Positions 53,298 through 63,453 of a stretch of 64,000 bases of DNA are shown in pieces. Under the pieces are notes generated by a model. It searched no databases and had not been told where the DNA came from. It saw only the letters and a list, made by a program, of their open reading frames with translations. Origin of the DNA: an uncultured Rivularia sp. (GTDB lineage Bacteria; Cyanobacteriota; Cyanobacteriia; Cyanobacteriales; Nostocaceae); the NCBI GenBank assembly GCA_963665115.1, contig OY762007.1:5632001-5696000 (forward strand), given 5' to 3'. A program made the translations under genes and the position numbers. Each line of letters begins with the position of its first letter. The first letter of the stretch is position 1.

Positions 53298-54281
53298 CTA
53301 TTTACCCTGAATATCCAAATCTACTTTTAATCTAGAATTCAGAGGTGTTTCTTCCAAAGTGTTGATATTTTTACCAATATATTTACTATCAGCAAGTAAA
53401 GAAAGTTGTGAATTTATAGGCATTACTTTATCAAGGTCAATTGTAGCTTTTCCTTTAGCGCTACTTCTAAACGTTTGTAAAGTTAAAATACCGTCCAAAG
53501 GTAATCCAGGATAGTCAATTACTTGAGTAGATTTTTCTTGCTGCTGTAAATTAACGTTTAAAGTTGCAACACCACCTTTGACATTTACTAATTCATAAGT
53601 AGTAGTTTGATTAAGATTAATTCCGTTGATACTAGTATCGGAACTAACCTGCCATTTTGCACCAGTTCCTACAGCTTCTGCTGGAAGTGGAGAAGATAAT
53701 TGTTGTAATGAATTAGATAATTGTTCGACGAGAAACTTGATATTTACATCTACTGTAGACGGAATTACGTAATTAAGTTTTTTCGTTCTTCCTTGACTAT
53801 CAATTACAGCAGAAGCACTAAAATTTTCCAACTGTCCGATTTGTTTGCTAATTACTTGGATTAGTTCCGGACGAGTTTGAGCATCACCTTTGATTTTGAC
53901 ATCGGAATAAGCAATATCATAAAAAATATCTCCATTAGAATCTACTTTAGTAACAGTAGAATCTAAAGTAATTAGATAAGCTGGTAACTTTGCTCTAGGC
54001 ATTTTAAAATCACCAATGGACATCAAAGTGTCCTTGTTTAAGGTGACTTTTATAGTTTGTTTAGCACCAACCTTTGGAGTAAAACGCAATTTTTCTTTAT
54101 TACCAGTTCCCGCACTAATCAGTTTTAACTGAGGTACTCTTGCAGCCTTATTCTTAGTAGTTTGCTTTTGAGTTTGGATAACTACAGAAGACGGTTGAGC
54201 ATTAACACTTTTTAAATTTTGCTCTAATCCCCATCCAGCAAAAACTACAAAAATAGAACTAGCTAGAAATAATCTTTTCAT
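53298..54281 (-). CDS. Exported hypothetical protein (DUF6263-like)
   Basis: Signal peptide; LISAG...LRF.P; PLPAEAVGTGAKW motif. Confidence 0.75.
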   Translation of the reverse strand: MKRLFLASSIFVVFAGWGLEQNLKSVNAQPSSVVIQTQKQTTKNKAARVPQLKLISAGTGNKEKLRFTPKVGAKQTIKVTLNKDTLMSIGDFKMPRAKLPAYLITLDSTVTKVDSNGDIFYDIAYSDVKIKGDAQTRPELIQVISKQIGQLENFSASAVIDSQGRTKKLNYVIPSTVDVNIKFLVEQLSNSLQQLSSPLPAEAVGTGAKWQVSSDTSINGINLNQTTTYELVNVKGGVATLNVNLQQQEKSTQVIDYPGLPLDGILTLQTFRSSAKGKATIDLDKVMPINSQLSLLADSKYIGKNINTLEETPLNSRLKVDLDIQGK

Positions 54282-54554
54282 GTGTTTTATCTATGATTAC
54301 AATTTGAAGTATTAAGTGTACGGTACGGGAAATTGAAGACGAAATGATTAACTATTCTACCTTCAGATCGCAGAAAAATGTGCAGAAATAATTACAATCA
54401 GTTTTAACGAACAAGAAAGATGATAAACTGATGGATTACAAACGGTTGAATCTCGTTTTATTGACAATGCATCCCATTTAGAAGTTCCCAAGTGTGGGAA
54501 ACAGTGAACAGTGAATAGTTATTGATTAATGACAACTAACAATTAACAATTCCC

Positions 54555-55478
54555 ATGAGTATTATCGTTTTCGGCAGCATTAATATGGATTTGGTAGCCA
54601 CAGCACCTCGTTTGCCGACTCCTGGGGAAACTTTGTTGGGAAATAATTTTTTTCAAGCACCGGGTGGTAAAGGTGCTAATCAAGCAGTCGCAGTTGCTAA
54701 ATTAGGTATTACTACTGAAATTGTTGGACGTGTTGGCAAGCAAAGCTTTAGTGAAGAACTTATTAATTATCTACAAGCTGCGGGTGTTAAAACAGAGAAT
54801 GTATTTATCGATCAAACCGTAAGCTCCGGTGTAGCAATTATAAATGTAGATGATGCTGGTGAAAATCAAATTGTGGTTATTCCTGGTGCAAATGGGCGCG
54901 TAGATGGAGAAGATGTGAAAAGACTATCGCGGTTATTACCTGGGAAGAAAGCACTTTTATTACAACTGGAAATTCCGATATCTAGCGCGATCGCAGCAGC
55001 ACAAGCAGCACAAAAAGCGGGAGTTCAAGTAATTCTCGATCCGGCACCAGCACAAAACGAGTTACCAAAAGAACTTTATCCATTGGTAGATATCCTGACA
55101 CCAAATGAAGTTGAAGCAGCACAATTAGTAGGTTTTCCAGTGAATGGGGAAGATTCAGCAAAGAAAGCCGCAGAAGTTTTACTACACAAAGGCGTGAAGT
55201 GTGCAGTTGTTAAACTTGGTGCAAAAGGCGTTTATTGCACTAACGGAACAGAAAGCTTTTTTACACCAGCATTTACAGTTAAAACAGTTGACACCACAGC
55301 CGCAGGAGACGCTTTCAACGGTGGTTTAGCAGCAGCACTTGCCGAAGGATTTTCGTTAAAGCAAGCAATAGTTTGGGGTAGTGCAGCAGGTGCATTAGCG
55401 GCAACTAAATCTGGCGCACAGCCTTCGTTACCAGATAGGGATGCGTTTGATAAGTTTTTGCAAGAAAATGTTAGTTGA
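54555..55478 (+). CDS. rbsK: Ribokinase
   Basis: GSINMD, PGGKGANQA, LQLE, TPNEVE, DTTAAGDAF. Confidence 0.95.
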   Translation: MSIIVFGSINMDLVATAPRLPTPGETLLGNNFFQAPGGKGANQAVAVAKLGITTEIVGRVGKQSFSEELINYLQAAGVKTENVFIDQTVSSGVAIINVDDAGENQIVVIPGANGRVDGEDVKRLSRLLPGKKALLLQLEIPISSAIAAAQAAQKAGVQVILDPAPAQNELPKELYPLVDILTPNEVEAAQLVGFPVNGEDSAKKAAEVLLHKGVKCAVVKLGAKGVYCTNGTESFFTPAFTVKTVDTTAAGDAFNGGLAAALAEGFSLKQAIVWGSAAGALAATKSGAQPSLPDRDAFDKFLQENVS

Positions 55479-55541
55479 TAGTTGATAGTTGCTGGGGATT
55501 GGTAATTGATAATTGATAATTGATAATTGTTCTATAAAACT

Positions 55542-56856
55542 ATGACTGATTTAATCTTGCGTCGGGGTAGATTAATTACATTTAATACCGAAAATCTAGA
55601 AACTGTAGATATCGCCATTAAAGATGGTAAAATTTCTGCAATTTTACCCAATTTAAAGGAATCTGCGTCTCAAGAAATCGATTTAGACTCAAAGTTAATT
55701 TCACCTCCTTTTGTTGAATCGCATATTCATTTAGACTCGGTTTTGACTGCTGGTGAACCCCGCTGGAATGAGAGTGGGGACTTTGTTTGAGGGAATTAAA
55801 ATTTGGGGCGATCGCAAACGTGAAATCACTATCGATGACGTGAAAAATCGCGCTTTGACAATGTTAAAAGAGCAAGCGGCTCAAGGTATATTATTTGTCA
55901 GAACTCACGCAGATGTCAGCGAACCTCAATTAATTGCGCTACAGGCTTTATTGGAATTGCGGGATGAAGTTAAAGATTGGATGACTGTGCAGGTAGTTGC
56001 ATTTCCCCAAGATGGGATTTATTCGCATTCGCAAAATGAGGTTTTATTGGAAAAAGCCTTGGAAATGGGTGCGGATGCGGTAGGTGGAATTCCCCACTAT
56101 GAATTGACGAGAGAAAATGGTGTTAATTCGGTAAAACGAATATTTGAATTAGCAGAAAAATATAATCGTTTAATTGATATTCATTGTGACGAAATTGATG
56201 ATGAGCAATCGCGGTTTTTAGAAGTCGTTGCTGCGGAGGCTATTTGCACAAAAATGGGTAGTAGAGTTACGGCAAGTCATACGACTGCTTTTGGTTCTTA
56301 TAATAATGCTTATGCGTATAAATTAATGGGTTTTCTCCAACGCGCCCAAATTAATTTTATCGCCAATCCATTGATTAATATTACCTTACAGGGACGTGCA
56401 GATACTTATCCCAAGCGCCGGGGAGTCACCCGCGTTAAGGAACTTTGGCAAAATGGCTTAAACGTCAGTTTTGGACACGATTGCGTCCAAGATCCTTGGT
56501 ATAGCTTGGGTACGGGAAGTATGTTAGATGTGGCTCACATGGGAGTACATATTTGTCACATGACGGGGCGTGAGGAAGTTGATGCTTGTTATCAAATGGT
56601 AACGGCTAACGGAGCTAAGACATTAAATTTAGAAGAAAAATATGGTGTAGAAATTGGAAAACCAGCGTCTTTAATTGTGTTAGATACTGTCGATTCCTAC
56701 GATGCTATTCGCACTCGCATCCAACCGCGTTACGTTATCTCCCAAGGAAAAATAATTGCTTCCACAACACCAGCAGCAACCGATTTTTTATCAACAGGAG
56801 TAACGACAAATCAACCTAAGCCTGGAAAATCTGTATCACTGTCTAAGGTATTATAA
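55542..56856 (+). CDS. codA: Cytosine deaminase, split by an extra G at 55776-55779
   Basis: HIHLD, corrected RWNESGTLFEGI, RTHAD, AFPQDG, HCDEIDD, ASHT, GHDC..DPWY. Confidence 0.93.
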
Positions 56857-57033
56857 ATTGTTTATTCTGTCATCAAAATATAAGTTTTTATCTATGGTGT
56901 TCATAAAGAAAATAGTGCTATTAAGGTAAATTTAATGATATAAATGATATGTTTTAGCTTCTCAAAGTTGGTACTTTTGCAATATTTTTCCAACATTGAG
57001 TGAGTTTTATCACCAGACATAAATAAAACCAGA

Positions 57034-57639
57034 ATGAAACTATTTAAATTGCTAGCATTAAGCTTAGTATTGATACCAGTAAGTATATTAGCTGCATCTT
57101 GTAATGAAAATACATCTCCAGCTAACAACGTCGATGCACAGGCTTCAAACAGTTCAGATAATTCAAATAATTGTATCACCGAAAAAGATGTGATAGATGC
57201 TCAAGAAACTTGGGGTGATGCGGTTATTGAAATTGGCAAAGCATACAAAGACAAAGGAGATTATAAAGAATTAGCAGTAGAAACTGTTGATAATCTATAC
57301 GGTTACGATGAAGGAAAGGTTTTATTTAAGCCTACTTTAGCTTCAGAAGGACAGTTTCGTTTAACGGAGGAAGACGCTGTATCTTATTTTGTTAAAGGTA
57401 AAATTGCTGAAGACAAGGGATTTGCACTTCGACCGTGGAGTAAAGTAAGATTTGAAAATGCGGGTATCAGCGTTAGTTGTAGCGATGCCGTAACTATGGG
57501 AAATTACTATTTCACCGATGCTAATACTGGTAAAGAAACCAAAGTAGAATATACTTTCGGCTACCGCAAAAACAATGATGGAAAGCTGTTGATTGACTTA
57601 CACCATTCCTCATTACCATTTAATCCCGCAGAGCAATAA
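57034..57639 (+). CDS. Lipoprotein with COG4337-type domain, probable iota-class carbonic anhydrase
   Basis: Lipoprotein-like signal (LAAS-C); AQ..W, VLFKPT.AS..QFR, SYFV, EDKGFA..PW..VRFEN, MGNYYF, EYTFGY, HHSS.P. Confidence 0.8.
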   Translation: MKLFKLLALSLVLIPVSILAASCNENTSPANNVDAQASNSSDNSNNCITEKDVIDAQETWGDAVIEIGKAYKDKGDYKELAVETVDNLYGYDEGKVLFKPTLASEGQFRLTEEDAVSYFVKGKIAEDKGFALRPWSKVRFENAGISVSCSDAVTMGNYYFTDANTGKETKVEYTFGYRKNNDGKLLIDLHHSSLPFNPAEQ

Positions 57640-57729
57640 TTTTGTAGGGAGTAGGGAGCAATGAATAAAGCAAATATATTTATTATTTTCTTTTTCTTGC
57701 TCCTTGTTTTTTTGACTTAATGAATATAA

Positions 57730-57912
57730 TTATCCAAAATTTACGCCAACAAAAATCTGTCTAATAATAGTAGTAATAAAAAAGTAAAAAAGAAAAGCAT
57801 GAATAACTAAACTTATATCTCTCAAATTACGGTCTATGCTATTCATTTTTGTAAGTTTTGAATTTATTTCTCGTAATTCTATTAAAACTTCTTCTAATTT
57901 ATGTTCGTCCAT
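57730..57912 (-). CDS. Small coiled-coil plus C-terminal TM hypothetical protein
   Basis: MDEHKLEEVLIELREIN...LVIHAFLFYFFITTII; very AT-rich, no family recognised. Confidence 0.45.
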   Translation of the reverse strand: MDEHKLEEVLIELREINSKLTKMNSIDRNLRDISLVIHAFLFYFFITTIIRQIFVGVNFG

Positions 57913-58066
57913 ATTTATTAAAATAGTCAAAATATCTTTATTTAAGATAAATCGAGTATACAACGAATCAAAAATTTAAAATTAGGAACAACACAGTATT
58001 AATAGAATATTCACAAAAACTTTATTGTGATTTATTTGAATTTATTTGAATTGTTAATATTAACTC

Positions 58067-58339
58067 TACTCCCTACTTACTACTTCTTACTCTCTACTCC
58101 CTACTTACTACTCCCTACTTACTACTCCTTACTTTCTACTCCTTACTCTCTACTCCCTACTTACTACTCCTTACTCTCTACTCCCTACTTACTACTCCTT
58201 ACTCTTTACTCCCTACTCCTTACTCCCTACTCCTTACTCCTTACTCTCTACTCCCTACTTACTACTCCTTACTCTTTACTCCCTACTTACTACTCCTTAC
58301 TCTCTACTCCCTACTTACTACTCCTTACTCTCTACTCCC
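58067..58339. repeat. 39-unit TACTNNN heptamer array with 28-bp higher-order periodicity
   Basis: 273 bp in perfect 7-bp register; recurring block TACTCTC-TACTCCC-TACTTAC-TACTCCT. Confidence 0.93.
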
Positions 58340-58728
58340 TACTGCTCTAAAAAAGAAACATGAGCAGAAACAACTTTCCAACCTTCTGAAAAACGCTGCC
58401 ACATTTGACTTTGCCTACCTCGACGTTCTACACCATTGATAAATCGACGAAATTCAAGAGTGATTGCTGCACTATCTTCACCAAATGTTACTACTTTCAG
58501 ATTAATTATTTCGCGCTCTAATTTAAAATTCGGACGGGAATTGCGAAAAGCTCGGATATTTTCGGCACCATACTGATTTTCTTTTAATCCAAGCCGAACA
58601 ACGTTTGCTGAATCCCAGAAAAAATTATCCAGCACCGCAGTATCATTACTACATAAAGCCGCTTCATACTTCATATACAATTCTGTCAACTCAGCAACTA
58701 AGGCTGGTTGATTAACGATATTACTCAT
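58339..58728 (-). CDS. hpxZ: AtzH-like/DUF3225 protein (oxalurate catabolism HpxZ family)
   Basis: YE.AL..ND...LD.FFW, R.G..EN.YG...IRAFR, GRQSQ.W, WKVVSAHVS. Confidence 0.85.
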   Translation of the reverse strand: MSNIVNQPALVAELTELYMKYEAALCSNDTAVLDNFFWDSANVVRLGLKENQYGAENIRAFRNSRPNFKLEREIINLKVVTFGEDSAAITLEFRRFINGVERRGRQSQMWQRFSEGWKVVSAHVSFLEQ

Positions 58729-58829
58729 ATTTCTATATCCAAAATTCCCCTAATTATGATACAACTCAAAACATTCTTAAATATTTACATATAGCCCCCC
58801 TTAAAAAAAGGGGGGTTGGGGGAATCTCA

Positions 58830-59754
58830 ATGTCTAAACAACTCGTATTAATGGATCACGATGGTGGTGTGGATGATTATTTAGCAACAATGCTATTAAT
58901 GACGATGGATAACGTTCAATCGCTTGGTGTGGTGGTAACTGCGGCTGATTGTTACGCACAACCAGCAGTTAACGCTACTCGGAAAATTCTTAATTTAATG
59001 GGATTTGATGATATTCCGGTAGCAGAAAGCACGGTGCGCGGGATTAATCCATTTCCCAATCTTTACCGACGCGATTCTTATGTAGTCGATCATTTCCCCA
59101 TACTCAATCAACAGGAAACCATAACTACACCATTGGTTGCAGAACCTGGCGAAGATTTCACAGTGAAAGTACTGCAACAAGCAACCGAACCAGTAACAAT
59201 AATGGCAACTGGTCCTTTAACAAATATTGCCGTAGCGTTACAAAAAGCACCCGATATCGAAGCGAAAATCAAACGTATCGTATGGATGGGAGGAGCATTG
59301 AACGTACCCGGTAACGTCGAGAAAAACTGGGAACCGGGACAAGATGGTTCTGCTGAGTGGAATGCTTATTGGGACCCCAATTTCGGTAGCGCAAATTTGG
59401 GATACTCAAATTGAAATAATTATGTGTCCTTTAGATATTACTAATAACGTCCCAGTGACATCAGAAATTGTCCAAAAAATGGGCAAACAAAGAAACTATC
59501 CCGTATCAGATTTAGCCGGACAATGTTATGCCTTAGTAATTCCTCAAGACTATTATTTTTGGGATGTATTAGCAACCGCTTATTTAGCAAAACCAGAATT
59601 ATTTGAATTAAAAGAAATAGAAACAGAAATCATTACTGAAGGCAAGAGTCAAGGCGCAACGAAAATTGTATCGGGAGGAAGAAAAGTTTCTGTAATGGAT
59701 AAAGTTGATAAACAAGCATTTTATAACTATATTTTGCAACAGTGGAAAAGATGA
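58830..59754 (+). CDS. Nucleoside hydrolase (IU/IAG family), split by an extra C at 59375-59378
   Basis: DHDGGVDD, TGPLTN, WMGG, AEWNAYWDP, PLD.T, YYFWD. Confidence 0.92.
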
Positions 59755-59931
59755 TCCGATTTTGGATTTTGCGGAAAGTTGCGCGGTGAGAGAAGTGGTG
59801 TTGGGGTGTAGATTTTCTTCCCTCAAAACTTTTCTGCTCCAGATTTTGGATTGAAAGAGTTAGGAGTTAGGAGTTAGGAGTTGTTATTTTACCAATTACC
59901 AATGCCCAATCCCCAATCCCCCATTCCCATC

Positions 59932-60480
59932 TTACTTAATTAAATTCAAACCTAAAAACAAAGCCGCAACAGTACCAGCAACACAAATTTCACCTTTAAC
60001 TATTTTTTGCAAAACTGCATCTACTGGAATTAAAATAACTTCGATTTCTTCTGTAATATCTAACTTGCATTTTCCCGTTTTCGTAACATTTTCAGCTAAA
60101 TATAAATGTAATTGATTCGTATCCTTACTAGGTTTATCGTAAAAAGTTGCTATCTTCTTTATTTTTGATGCAACATAACCAGTTTCCTCTTCAAGTTCTC
60201 TAGTTGCGGCAAATTCACCGCTTTCTTGTTCCGGATTAAAACCACCTGCGGGAAGCTCAATAAAAAAATCACTTATAGCGTGTCTATATTGCTTAACAAA
60301 AACAATTTCTCGATCGCTAGTAATTGGTAAAACAATCGCTACATCTGGTCTAATATTAACAAAGTAATCATCAATTACCTGTCCGTTGGGTAATTCTATT
60401 TTATCTTGCCTGACTTTACACCAAGGATGGTTTAATGCCATTTCCGATTGAACGAGATTCCATTTTGTTAAGCCAGCCAT
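59932..60480 (-). CDS. NUDIX hydrolase (ADP-ribose pyrophosphatase-like)
   Basis: QYRH, ELPAG, Nudix box A.RELEEETGY. Confidence 0.92.
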   Translation of the reverse strand: MAGLTKWNLVQSEMALNHPWCKVRQDKIELPNGQVIDDYFVNIRPDVAIVLPITSDREIVFVKQYRHAISDFFIELPAGGFNPEQESGEFAATRELEEETGYVASKIKKIATFYDKPSKDTNQLHLYLAENVTKTGKCKLDITEEIEVILIPVDAVLQKIVKGEICVAGTVAALFLGLNLIK

Positions 60481-60776
60481 AATTTCAATTAATAGGGTAG
60501 AAACAATAGTTTACTTGTAAATATTGGATATGGGATATGGGGTATGGGGCATCGGGTATCGGGCATCGTAAATTTAAAGCGGTAATATATTTATTATTCC
60601 TAATTCTAAAATTTCCTATCTTTTTCTCTGCAAAACTTGATGCTAAACCTCCGCTTTTTAAACAATATTATTTCTTATACAAACCGGACTCATAATAAAC
60701 TACATGGATGAGGTATTTTATCCAATTCCCCATTCCCCATCCCCCATTCCCAATCTTCAATCTTCAATCTTCAACT

Positions 60777-61829
60777 ATGCAAATCCAGTTAGAAATATTT
60801 ACCGTTAATAAACGCTTTCCTTTAACTATTAGTCGCGGCACCACCGCAAAAACAACGAATCTATGGGTAAGAATATCAGAAGATGGGATCGAAGGTTGGG
60901 GAGAAGCATCACCTTTCAACGTCGGTAATTATCCGCAATCTACTCAGGTTATTCAACAATCTATAATACAAGTTACGCCAAGTTTACAAGCTTTACATCC
61001 GTCACAGCGTCAGCAAATTGAATTTTTATTAAACAAAGCGCAAATTCCTTCTGCTGCTAAAGCGGCGATAGATACAGCCCTACACGACTGGATGGGAAAA
61101 CGTGTGGGCTTACCTTTGTGGCAAATTTGGGGACTTGATAGAAATGTCATCAAGCCGGTTTCGGTGACTATCGGTATTAGCTCTCCGGAAGATGCCAGAA
61201 AAAGGGTAAGGGATTGGCTGCAATTCATGGATGTGAAAATGTTAAAAGTAAAATTAGGCAGCCCCGATGGTATTGAAGCAGATAAAAAAATGCTCGATGC
61301 TGTACTTGAAGAAGCACCAACGCCGGATTTATACGTGGATGCAAATGGCGGTTGGAATTTAGAAGATGCCCTTCATATGTGTTTTATACTTGCCGATATG
61401 GGTGTAAAGTATGTTGAGCAGCCTTTGCCACGAGGAAAAGAACAAAGTTTGCTGGAATTGAAAAAGTCTTCCCCTATACCTATTTTTGTTGATGAAAGCT
61501 GCTTTACTAGTGTTGATATACCCCATTTAGCGTCATGCGCCGATGGTGTTAATATCAAGCTAATGAAATCTGGGGGTTTAACCGAGGCAATGCGGATGAT
61601 ACATACAGCACGTGCCTGCGGTTTACAGGTAATGTTTGGCTGCTATTCCGATAGCGCGATCGCAAATACCGCTCTCGCTCAGTTAGCACCATTAGCCGAT
61701 TATTTAGACTTGGATAGTCACCTGAATTTAATAAACGATCCCTTTACGGGTGCATTTATTGAAGAGGGAAAAATTTTGCCAAATAATTTACCAGGGTTGG
61801 GAGTACAACGGAGTGCGTTTGCCGCTTAA
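60777..61829 (+). CDS. Enolase-superfamily dipeptide epimerase (DgcA-like)
   Basis: KVKLG, DANGGW, EQP, DES, NIKLMKSGG, DLD; start moved to ATG 60777 after an STRR. Confidence 0.9.
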   Translation: MQIQLEIFTVNKRFPLTISRGTTAKTTNLWVRISEDGIEGWGEASPFNVGNYPQSTQVIQQSIIQVTPSLQALHPSQRQQIEFLLNKAQIPSAAKAAIDTALHDWMGKRVGLPLWQIWGLDRNVIKPVSVTIGISSPEDARKRVRDWLQFMDVKMLKVKLGSPDGIEADKKMLDAVLEEAPTPDLYVDANGGWNLEDALHMCFILADMGVKYVEQPLPRGKEQSLLELKKSSPIPIFVDESCFTSVDIPHLASCADGVNIKLMKSGGLTEAMRMIHTARACGLQVMFGCYSDSAIANTALAQLAPLADYLDLDSHLNLINDPFTGAFIEEGKILPNNLPGLGVQRSAFAA

Positions 61830-62856
61830 TCAAAAAACCGCCGTTCTATTACATGAGGGAATTCGCGGAACTCATGGAAAAACCGGGTTATCATTATTAC
61901 GCTACAGTGATGCACCGATAGTCGTGGCGATCGACCGAGATTGTCCGGGGCAGTCTTTACCGGAATTGACGGGTATTAAACGTGATGTGCCGATTGTTGC
62001 CTCTGTAAAAGATTCACTTCAATTTAAACCACAGGTTTTAGTAATCGGTATTGCTCCTAAAGGCGGAAGTTTGCCAGATGATTACTGGCGTGAAATTAAA
62101 GATGCCTTGGTGGGGGGAATGTCAATTGTGAATGGTTTGCATACTCCCCTGGGTAAAAGTCCGGAATTAAAGACTTTATTAAAGCCGGGACAGTTAATTT
62201 GGGATATTCGCAAAGAGCCATCTAATATTGGCGTATGTACTCTCGCGGCGAGAAATCTTCCCTGTAAGCGGGTTTTGACTGTAGGAACCGATATGGCAGT
62301 CGGAAAAATGTCTACAAGTTTAGAGTTAAATCATACGTCGCGGTTGCGAGGTTTGCGTACCAAGTTTCTCGCTACGGGACAAACAGGTTTAATGTTGGAA
62401 GGTGATGGTGTAGCTTTGGATTCCGTGCAAGTAGATTTTGCTGCGGGCGCGGTGGAACAAGTGGTATTGCGTTACGGCAAAAATTACGATATTTTACACA
62501 TTGAAGGACAAGGTTCCTTACTACATCCAAGTTCTACAGCGACACTACCTTTAATACGCGGCTCTCAACCCACTCAAATGATTTTAGTACATCGTCTCGG
62601 ACAAAACGAAGTGATTGAAGGAGTCCCCATTCCCCCTTTGGTTGAAGTAGTTAAATTATATGAAATAGTTGCTGGTGGTGCCGGTGCTTTTGCATCGGTA
62701 CCTGTAGTTGGAATTGCTTTAAATACAGCTAATTTTGATGAAGCTGCGGCAAAACAAGCAATTTCACAAGTAGAAGCCGAAACCGGATTACCCTGTACTG
62801 ATGTAATTAGATTTGGTGGCGATAAGTTATTGGATGCGGTGATGAGAAGCAGTTAG
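61813..62856 (+). CDS. DUF1611 family protein (DgcN-like)
   Basis: GKTG, NGLH, VGTDMAVGKMST, ATGQTG, DFAAGAVE, EGQGS; GTG 61813 overlaps the epimerase end. Confidence 0.9.
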   Translation: MRLPLNQKTAVLLHEGIRGTHGKTGLSLLRYSDAPIVVAIDRDCPGQSLPELTGIKRDVPIVASVKDSLQFKPQVLVIGIAPKGGSLPDDYWREIKDALVGGMSIVNGLHTPLGKSPELKTLLKPGQLIWDIRKEPSNIGVCTLAARNLPCKRVLTVGTDMAVGKMSTSLELNHTSRLRGLRTKFLATGQTGLMLEGDGVALDSVQVDFAAGAVEQVVLRYGKNYDILHIEGQGSLLHPSSTATLPLIRGSQPTQMILVHRLGQNEVIEGVPIPPLVEVVKLYEIVAGGAGAFASVPVVGIALNTANFDEAAAKQAISQVEAETGLPCTDVIRFGGDKLLDAVMRSS

Positions 62857-63453
62857 GAGTTAGGAGTTGAAGAGAGCGGAGGGAGATGAGGAAGCTGAGG
62901 AAGCGGAGGGAGAAAGAATTTTTTTGTTGCCTCCCCTGCCTCCCCTGCTCTCTTTCTCCCCGTCTACTAATTCAACTAAGGCAATTAAGTTATATAAAAT
63001 TATCGCTCGTTATTACAGGATTTAAAATTATTGCTTGTAACTAGTTTTGCTCATAATACCCGTAATTTAATTGATGTTTATAGGGTTAAATTGAGTTTTT
63101 CAACATAGAACAAATATTTTTTATACATAATGTCTACTGTGGAAGATTAAAGGATAATAGTGAAAAATATATTAAGATAGCAAGTGACAGGTTATACGAT
63201 TGATATTTGAGGGTTATTATACAGTGCAGGGATAAGCCCTTTCCCCTTCTAAGATAAAACACGGTAGAATAAATTCAAAAATTCAATATAGAATTACTGT
63301 TTAGATATTTAACGGTTCCTTAACGACAATCTTCTCTGATGGGTAAGTTTATAATTACTTGGCCTTCTAACAGATTAGTCATTATACGAACTGAATTTTA
63401 AAATGTTCTTTGTCAATATTAAGGGCATTCTCAATTGCTGATAGGTTAATCTG

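Larger units (their letters stand above)
19..61663. repeat. HIP1 octamers (GCGATCGC) dispersed through the window
   Basis: More than 20 copies seen, e.g. 19, 1359, 8773, 16269, 26997, 37552, 50805, 61656. Confidence 0.9.

Noticed and set aside
58027..58350. 107-aa L/Y/S/T/P-rich ORF; likewise ORFs 28329-28535, 41893-42096 and 41997-42185
   Set aside because: Translations of STRR/SDR repeats, open only because the repeat lacks stops on that strand.
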